From a virus (taxonomy: Duplodnaviria > Caudoviricetes): a stretch of DNA of 64,000 bases. The notes below the pieces were generated by a model that worked only from the letters and a program-made list of their open reading frames with translations, was not told the DNA's origin and made no database searches. Position 1 is the first letter of the stretch. Every line of letters begins with the position of its first letter. This document shows, one piece after another, positions 57,395 to 64,000 of this stretch. The translations under genes were made by a program, and so were the position numbers. The stretch covers positions 698 to 64,697 of IMG/VR virus record IMGVR_UViG_3300028840_002850; one strand, given 5' to 3'.

Positions 57395-59609
57395 AGTATC
57401 TGTCATAATAGCAGGAAGATGTGAACAATATTTTCAAAAAACCGTTGAGTCGGTTTTTGAGTCAGCTAAAGAAGACGTTGAGGTTATGGCTGTTGTTGAT
57501 GGGCCGGGGCAAGACCCACCCGTCAAGGAAACAAAAAACACAAAGGTTATAAATCTTCCAGAATCCATCGGGCAGAGGGCAGCTTATAACATGGGTGTTA
57601 AAGAATCATGTGGTGAATATGTAATGAAGATAGATGCTCATGCCTTATTGTCGCCTGGATTTGATGTTAAGTTGAAAAACAACTGCCCACCCAAAACGGT
57701 AGTCTTGCCGGAAATGAGAAGGCTTGATCATAGGAAATGGAAACCAAAACCAAGGGGTAAAACTCTTTTCATGTATCCCGGCCTTGATTTGTACTGTCAT
57801 TACTGGAAGGATTACAAAAAACGACCAGAGGCAAAGGTTGACTATCCCGAAGTTATGACAGGGCAGGGATCGTGCTGGTTTACAACAAGGGAATGGAACG
57901 ATTATATAGGATTGCTCGATGAGGGTGTGGGATCATGGGGCAATGTCGGGATCGAGGTTTCTTTAAGAACATGGCTTTGCGGTGGTCGGCAAATAGCAAA
58001 TAAAAATTGCTGGCAAGCCCACTGGTTTAGGGTTTCAGAGGGTGGTTTCCCATATCCGTTTTCAGGAAGACAGGTAGCCAGGGCGCACAAGTACACATGG
58101 GAAAACTACTATTTTAAAGATAACGCCTTTAAAAATCAAGTTAGACCGTTTCATTGGTATATTAAAAAATTTGCTCCTGTACCTTCGTGGGAAGTTTATT
58201 TAAAAGATCAATACAAACCCAATAGAGTTATCGTATATTACACAGATAACAATCTTGAGAGATCACTTGCTGATGCGGCAAGGAAGAATTTGATAAAAGC
58301 GGCTGGGCCAATTCCGATTATAAGCGTTTCTCAGGAACCTTTAAATTTCGGTCAAAATATATGTGTCGGCAAAAAACCAAAAACAAAGTTGTCAATGTAC
58401 GAGCAAATGCTTGAGGGTGTAAAAGCCGCACCGGATGATTCTTTTATTTATCTATGTGAACACGATGTATTTTATCATTATAGCCATTTTGAAAAAGTAC
58501 CGCCCAAAGATGATGCTGTATGGATAAACCAAAATAAATATCACTGGCAGCAGGGAAATCATTTTTATCTAAAGGCGAAGGACCAGAAAGCATGGAGCAT
58601 GGCAACTGGTTCTAAAAAATATTTATTAGAAAAACTTGAAACCACCGTTAAAAATAAAATGGGTGAAATGAAGGTTAGGTGGTTTAAGTATAATAGTGAA
58701 CGGCCAAACATTGATATACGGCATGATAGGAACTTAACAAAAGGAATAAAAGCACACAAGAAACAGATTTTTAATATCGCAGGGTGGGGAAGCCCTAAAC
58801 ATTTTAAATCCGTTGCAAAATATAAAGGGACAATGCGGTTTGATATAATTCAATGGCTAATAGATTTTTATGATTTTACATCGTACCTTGAGATTGGAGT
58901 AAATAAGGGGCATACGTTTAAAGTTATAAAATGCGAGTTAAAGCATGGCGTTGATCCCAAAAGTAAATTTGCAACACACAAGGTAACAAGTGACGAATAT
59001 TTTAAAGGTTGTGATTTAAAATACGATATTATTTTCGTAGACGGGTTGCATGAACACTCACAGGTAAAGCGGGACATCTTAAATTCACTTGATCATTTAA
59101 AGCCGGGTGGGGTTATTGTGGTTCACGATTGTAAACCCCGTAATGAAAAAGAGCAGCACGTTCCCAAGCTTCCTAACCAAAAAATATGGGTTGGAGATGG
59201 GTGGAAAGCATTTGTTGAGTTACGCGAACGCAATGATCTTTATATGTATGTTGTGGATACAAATAATGGCGTTGGAATAATCCGGCGCGGTTTTCAGGTG
59301 CCACTAAAAAGAGATTGCCCTCTTGATTGGGTAAATTTTCAAAGAAATACAAAACGATGGTTGAAATTAAAAACGCCGGATGAATTTAAAAAATTTGAGC
59401 ATGACCTTTTTGAAGTTAAGAAATACAAACCGATGTCGCTTAAAATGATGGAAAAGCAGGGTGGTCGGCCAGGAACCATTTGTCAAGAATTAAGGGAAGT
59501 GTATTACAACATAGACAGTGAAGACCTAAAATATAAACTTCGGGTTTGTATGGCAATGGTTAAGTCGATGCACAGGCGCTTAAACGAATACAAAGAAAAC
59601 TTGTCTTAA
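57387..59609 (+). CDS. Multidomain glycosyltransferase: ppGalNAc-T-like GT-A + second GT-A-like domain + class I methyltransferase
   Basis: [34 protein letters not shown]...AHWFR; LCEHDVFY; YLEIGV...IFVDGLH...GGVIVVHD. Confidence 0.8.
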   Translation: MAKVSVIIAGRCEQYFQKTVESVFESAKEDVEVMAVVDGPGQDPPVKETKNTKVINLPESIGQRAAYNMGVKESCGEYVMKIDAHALLSPGFDVKLKNNCPPKTVVLPEMRRLDHRKWKPKPRGKTLFMYPGLDLYCHYWKDYKKRPEAKVDYPEVMTGQGSCWFTTREWNDYIGLLDEGVGSWGNVGIEVSLRTWLCGGRQIANKNCWQAHWFRVSEGGFPYPFSGRQVARAHKYTWENYYFKDNAFKNQVRPFHWYIKKFAPVPSWEVYLKDQYKPNRVIVYYTDNNLERSLADAARKNLIKAAGPIPIISVSQEPLNFGQNICVGKKPKTKLSMYEQMLEGVKAAPDDSFIYLCEHDVFYHYSHFEKVPPKDDAVWINQNKYHWQQGNHFYLKAKDQKAWSMATGSKKYLLEKLETTVKNKMGEMKVRWFKYNSERPNIDIRHDRNLTKGIKAHKKQIFNIAGWGSPKHFKSVAKYKGTMRFDIIQWLIDFYDFTSYLEIGVNKGHTFKVIKCELKHGVDPKSKFATHKVTSDEYFKGCDLKYDIIFVDGLHEHSQVKRDILNSLDHLKPGGVIVVHDCKPRNEKEQHVPKLPNQKIWVGDGWKAFVELRERNDLYMYVVDTNNGVGIIRRGFQVPLKRDCPLDWVNFQRNTKRWLKLKTPDEFKKFEHDLFEVKKYKPMSLKMMEKQGGRPGTICQELREVYYNIDSEDLKYKLRVCMAMVKSMHRRLNEYKENLS

Positions 59610-60100
59610 TGCACGAAAACAGCTATAAATTAATGAGGGGATTTGTCAGAAAGTATGTTGATTTGGACAAGCCGTTATTAGTTGCCGAAATTGGCAGTAT
59701 GCAATACCACGACCAGCCCTGGTTATATAGGAATCTTTTTCACGACAAGCACGTTTATTTGGGAATTGATATTGAAGATGGGCCAAATGTAGATTGTGTT
59801 TTGAAAAATCCTTACGATTGGAAAGAGCTTAGAGACACTTCTTTTGATATCATCGTAAGTGGCCAGATGCTTGAACATTGCGAAAAATTCTGGTTAGTGG
59901 CTAAAGAGATGAAAAAAATCATAAAACCCGGTGGTTTGATTTGCCTTGTCGCTCCCTGGATGATGGGCAAGCACAAGGCTCCGGTTGATTGTTGGAGGAT
60001 TTTACCGGACGGGATGAAGGTTATTGGGGATTTGATGGGTGCGGATACTGTTGAGGCCCGAAGGTCAAAAAAAGATTGCATAGGTATTTTTAAGGTGTAG
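59609..60100 (+). CDS. Class I SAM-dependent methyltransferase
   Basis: EIGS, YLGIDI.DGPNVD, FDIIVSGQMLEH, KPGG and PVDCWR. Confidence 0.85.
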   Translation: MHENSYKLMRGFVRKYVDLDKPLLVAEIGSMQYHDQPWLYRNLFHDKHVYLGIDIEDGPNVDCVLKNPYDWKELRDTSFDIIVSGQMLEHCEKFWLVAKEMKKIIKPGGLICLVAPWMMGKHKAPVDCWRILPDGMKVIGDLMGADTVEARRSKKDCIGIFKV

Positions 60101-60103
60101 CTA

Positions 60104-60439
60104 ATGGGATGCCCTGCTGAAGTAGCAATAGAAGACAATTTGGTTTTTTCGGTTTGCTCACATGATCCCGACACAGGGGTTTTAACTGATGCCGATGCTG
60201 TACCTTCTTATCGACTGTATGAAGACGAAACCGGAACCCCAATTTTAACCGGAAATATGGATAAGATAGATGATGCCAACACCACCGGATTCTATACCGA
60301 ACTTATAGCGTGTACCCTGGCAAACGGATTTGAGAGTGGAAAGTCCTACACCATTTACATTACAGGGGCGGTAGATGGCGATACGGGTGGTATTTGCTTT
60401 GGATTTAAAGTTGCACCAATTAAACGATATATATCTTGA
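60104..60439 (+). CDS. Hypothetical virion-region protein
   Basis: Beta-rich 111 aa. Confidence 0.5.
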   Translation: MGCPAEVAIEDNLVFSVCSHDPDTGVLTDADAVPSYRLYEDETGTPILTGNMDKIDDANTTGFYTELIACTLANGFESGKSYTIYITGAVDGDTGGICFGFKVAPIKRYIS

Positions 60440-60451
60440 TAGGAGTAAAAC

Positions 60452-60904
60452 ATGAAAAAATTATTGATCGCCTTTTTAATTCTTTTCGCATGGGTTAGTA
60501 TCAGCTTTGCCGCAGGCACGGTTGTACCCTCAATCGGTGACGAGCAGGACGGAAGCATTACCGTTACGTTAGTGTGTACGAGTGACGGCAGTGGTGTTAT
60601 ATCCGACACCGACTTTGCAGGGCCAGGGACGGATCTAACAAAAAATCTGCACGGCTATTACCTGTATGAAGTCAAGGTTGTCCCGGGAGCTACCGGCCCA
60701 AAAGATGATTCAGACCTTTACATTAAGGATGCAAATGGTATAGACTTATTGGGCGGAACTGGTGTGAACAGGATAGACGAAACCACCAACAGCCATTTTC
60801 AGCCTCCATTTTATTCGAGGATTAACTCGACCCTGACTCTGGATGTTGATAATAATGATGTGGACAGTTCCACCTATACCATAACATTAGTATTCGCTAA
60901 ATAA
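60452..60904 (+). CDS. Virion-region protein with signal peptide
   Basis: MKKLLIAFLILFAWVSISFA; DANGIDLLGG motif. Confidence 0.55.
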   Translation: MKKLLIAFLILFAWVSISFAAGTVVPSIGDEQDGSITVTLVCTSDGSGVISDTDFAGPGTDLTKNLHGYYLYEVKVVPGATGPKDDSDLYIKDANGIDLLGGTGVNRIDETTNSHFQPPFYSRINSTLTLDVDNNDVDSSTYTITLVFAK

Positions 60905-60974
60905 ATAAAAACATAACGACCCACTGCCTCAGTAACACTTACGCTTTGGGTTTGTAAGCCAGCCGCAGCTTCTT

Positions 60975-61019
60975 AAAAGCCCCGCTGGAACAAAAACCTT
61001 TGTTCTTGTGGGGCTTTTT
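60975..61019 (+). terminator. Long hairpin + U-tract upstream of the giant gene
   Basis: AAAAGCCCC...GGAACAAA/TTTGTTCT...GGGGCTTTT. Confidence 0.6.
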
Positions 61020-61037
61020 GCCTCAAGGAGTTGCGAT

Positions 61038-64000
61038 ATGAAGAAAAGATTTTTAGCCCTAACGCTTTTAATTATCTTTACCGCTGGTCTGGCTTACGCG
61101 ATACCCCCATCCCCGCCTGTGCCTACCACCGGTCTTAAAACGTATGCAGTAGCAGATCTGCCTGCTGCTTCGGACAATGCTAATATGGCGGTCATTGTCA
61201 TCGATGGCGATGGAGCCGGAGATTGTACGACCGGGCTCCAAAGCACAAGGGTAATTTGCGTATCAAACGGAAGTTCTTGGGAAGCTGCCGGTGATGGGAC
61301 CGGTGGAGAAGGATCGGGATCTGTAACCACGATTCAAATTGGGGATGATTCTCTCGATACTGATATTGTGGTTGTGGATTTCAATGCCACAGTGTTTTCG
61401 GGGGTAGAAGCACCGGAAAACGAAGCCAATATTGATCTCGATCTAACACCGTCTAGCGGAAATGCCACTTTAATAGCAGAAGAAGATGCACTCCAAGTTA
61501 AGTATGACAGCACTTTAACAGAGGGTGCAAGTGGTCTGGGCATAGCCGCCGATGCGATTGACGAGGCTTATCTTGCCGACGATAGTATCGATTCAGAGCA
61601 TTATAATGACGGCTCGATTGACGCAGCGCATTTAGCCGCTGATGTTATCGATGAAACCAAAATCGCAGATGACGGTATCGACTCCGAGCACTATAACGCC
61701 GACTCAATAGACAACGAGCATATCAACTGGGCAGATATTGATAATCTTGGAGACGAAGGGGCCATAACGGTTGCCGATACGACAGACGCCACTGCTTACG
61801 TGGCTTTGTGGGAATCGGCTACCGGCGACCTGGCCGCTAGATCCGATGCGGGTTTAACCTATAACGCCGAAACAGGGGTTCTTACCGCCACGGGCTTTTC
61901 CGGTCCACTTACGGGCAATGTCACAGGAACCGCCTCTCTCGCCACAACCCTGACAATCACAGACAATGAAAGTGAAAACGAAAACAATGCCGTTATATTC
62001 GCTTCCGGTGGCGCAGTGGAGGGCGGGGATATCGGTCTGGAGTCGGATGGAACCTTTTACTATAATCCGTCAACGGGAACCGTCACCTCTACCGCATTTG
62101 CGGGAGCATTAACCGGCAATGTCACAGGAACCGCTGACACAGCGACAGTTGCCACCACCGTTACGATTACCGACAACGAAGATACCGCAGAAACAAACGC
62201 CATTATATTTGCAGAAGGCGGGGATTTAGACGGCGGTGATCTGGGTCTGGAATCAGATGGAAATCTTACCTATAACCCGGGAGCCGGTCAGCTTCAAGCA
62301 ACCTCCCTCACCGATGGCACTTCGGTTATCACCGGAGGCGAAATTGAACTCGGCGCAGCCGCAGACACCACGCTTGCCCGGGCTGCTGCTGGCGCTGTCA
62401 CCGTGGAAGGCGATTATATCATTCTTTCCGGTGACACACTAACCGGAGAAGTCACGGCAACTTTCGATACGGACGGATCAACAGCGACCACTATCGCAGA
62501 TAGCGTAGCGGTTTCCAGCTGGAACCTCACCACCCCGACAATTACGAGCGGTGCGGTTTTTACCGGTGCCGATGCCTCCCCCGATGCAGATGGGGAATTG
62601 GTTTATGACAATGTAACCGCAGGGGTAGATGACGGCCAATTCGCCTACTATGGTGGCGGCGACACGGTATATTATTTACCCTCTTATGTCACATTACCGA
62701 CAGACTCAGAGGACGATTACCATCTTGCTTACGATAAGGATATCGACCGCCTGTATTGGCGTGCTGATGCCACAGCCGGGGCTCCAACCCTTGATTCGGT
62801 AGGCGACCCGGACGCAGAGTGGACACCGGTACATGCAGACGAGGAAAAAATAACCATCTCAACGGCACAGGACACTGCCGGCAGCTTTATGGTTATCGAT
62901 GATACCGACACGGCAATCGGTAACAATGTCTACCTATTGGAACTTCAGCACTCCGATGATGGCGAAGCCAATGCGGATTTCTTCAAATGTGTGGATAACA
63001 ACACCGATGTCTGGTTTTCCATTCAGGAAGAAGGCAAGACTTCCATTGGTAACGCACCGGCCACAACCGGGGCGCTCAACCTCGAAAATGCAGCCGCTAT
63101 CGCATGGCTGGATGCCACCCCCGCTACAATCACCCACGTAGACGATACCGGATTAGCCTTTAATCTTGGCATTGACGTTCAGGGTTCGGGTGGAATCACT
63201 CTTGAAAATGATGAGACGATTACAAATTCAAGTGACGGATATATAGCCCTTAGTGGACATCTGGTTATCCCGGATGCGGGTAATATCGGCTCGGCTTCAG
63301 ATACCGATGCAATCGCCATTGCCTCTGACGGCAAGACCACGTTCACACAGGACTTGACGGTTAATGAAGATATCATCATAGGCGATGCAAAATATATCGG
63401 TTCTGCTACTGCCCCAACTGCGATGCAGATTGCGGCCACGGGGATTGTCACCTTTATTGACGATATTCTTATTAAAGACGCCGGGACAATCGGCTCTGCC
63501 TCTGCCACAACCGCGATATCCATAGCTTCTGACGGAATAGTGACCTTTGTTGACGATATTATTATCAAGGATACCGGGACAATCGGCTCTGCTTCCGACG
63601 TGGACGCCATAGCAATAGCCGCTGACGGCAAGGTTACTTTCTCTCAAGATTTAATTATTTCCGGCACGGGCATAGAGTTAAATCATGCTTCAGAGAACAC
63701 CCTGACCGCTTCCGGCGGGGTACTTAGTATCGAGGGCGGGGCGTTAGCTCCGGTGGCCTCACCTACCTTTACCGGCATCGTAACCATCCCAATAGCCGCT
63801 GACCCGACTACCGATGCAGACGGGGAGATTTCCTTTGATACCGATGGATGGGGATCAGGGTACGACGCACTGGAAATCTGGAACGGCACGGCTTCGGCTT
63901 ATGTTGTGGCAACAACAGCTTCAGATACCCCCTCAAACGGGGAAATCCCGACTTTTAATACTGGCGGCACGATAACATGGGAAACTGCCGGAACCGGGGA
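61038..64000 (+). CDS. N-terminal part of giant acidic tail-fibre/adhesin-like protein (3'-truncated)
   Basis: RBS AAGGAG, MKKRFLALTLLIIFTAGLAYA, open to the window end; IDSEHY..SID, TITDNE and IGSASD repeats. Not in the ORF track because it has no stop. Confidence 0.8.
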   Translation, partial: MKKRFLALTLLIIFTAGLAYAIPPSPPVPTTGLKTYAVADLPAASDNANMAVIVIDGDGAGDCTTGLQSTRVICVSNGSSWEAAGDGTGGEGSGSVTTIQIGDDSLDTDIVVVDFNATVFSGVEAPENEANIDLDLTPSSGNATLIAEEDALQVKYDSTLTEGASGLGIAADAIDEAYLADDSIDSEHYNDGSIDAAHLAADVIDETKIADDGIDSEHYNADSIDNEHINWADIDNLGDEGAITVADTTDATAYVALWESATGDLAARSDAGLTYNAETGVLTATGFSGPLTGNVTGTASLATTLTITDNESENENNAVIFASGGAVEGGDIGLESDGTFYYNPSTGTVTSTAFAGALTGNVTGTADTATVATTVTITDNEDTAETNAIIFAEGGDLDGGDLGLESDGNLTYNPGAGQLQATSLTDGTSVITGGEIELGAAADTTLARAAAGAVTVEGDYIILSGDTLTGEVTATFDTDGSTATTIADSVAVSSWNLTTPTITSGAVFTGADASPDADGELVYDNVTAGVDDGQFAYYGGGDTVYYLPSYVTLPTDSEDDYHLAYDKDIDRLYWRADATAGAPTLDSVGDPDAEWTPVHADEEKITISTAQDTAGSFMVIDDTDTAIGNNVYLLELQHSDDGEANADFFKCVDNNTDVWFSIQEEGKTSIGNAPATTGALNLENAAAIAWLDATPATITHVDDTGLAFNLGIDVQGSGGITLENDETITNSSDGYIALSGHLVIPDAGNIGSASDTDAIAIASDGKTTFTQDLTVNEDIIIGDAKYIGSATAPTAMQIAATGIVTFIDDILIKDAGTIGSASATTAISIASDGIVTFVDDIIIKDTGTIGSASDVDAIAIAADGKVTFSQDLIISGTGIELNHASENTLTASGGVLSIEGGALAPVASPTFTGIVTIPIAADPTTDADGEISFDTDGWGSGYDALEIWNGTASAYVVATTASDTPSNGEIPTFNTGGTITWETAGTG

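Noticed and set aside
1-64000. Stop-codon reassignment
   Set aside because: Core genes are intact in the standard code, and TAA, TAG and TGA all end genes at sensible positions.

Overview
The window is most of a temperate tailed-phage genome, probably circularly permuted and in its excised (attP-intact) form. It has podovirus-like architecture: P22-like small terminase and portal, GpA-like large terminase, N4-gp56-like capsid, tail adaptor/nozzle and ejection proteins, and no tape measure or tail tube. Order: end of a giant acidic fibre-like gene and beta-helix proteins (1-8.1 kb); lysis genes and exonuclease (8.1-10.5 kb); a long leftward accessory/early operon with MTase, PAPS-reductase-like gene, tRNA-Leu attP, integrase and ERF/exonuclease recombination genes (10.7-25.4 kb); CI/Cro switch and replication (25.7-29.4 kb); packaging, head and tail genes (30.8-55.4 kb); a Ser-rich repeat protein plus glycosyltransferase/methyltransferase locus (55.4-60.1 kb); and the start of the giant gene (61-64 kb). 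Two candidate novel systems stand out. (1) About 21 copies of a recombination-site-like motif CA(A/C)CTGA-N7-T(A/C)(A/G)G punctuate essentially every gene junction between 13.0 and 19.8 kb, like a gene-cassette array. (2) A phage mucin-like (SESA)n gene overlaps a glycosyltransferase carrying eukaryotic ppGalNAc-T (GT27)-like motifs. Many virion-region proteins also carry Sec-like signal peptides. All assignments are by eye from motifs and synteny; no database searches were run.
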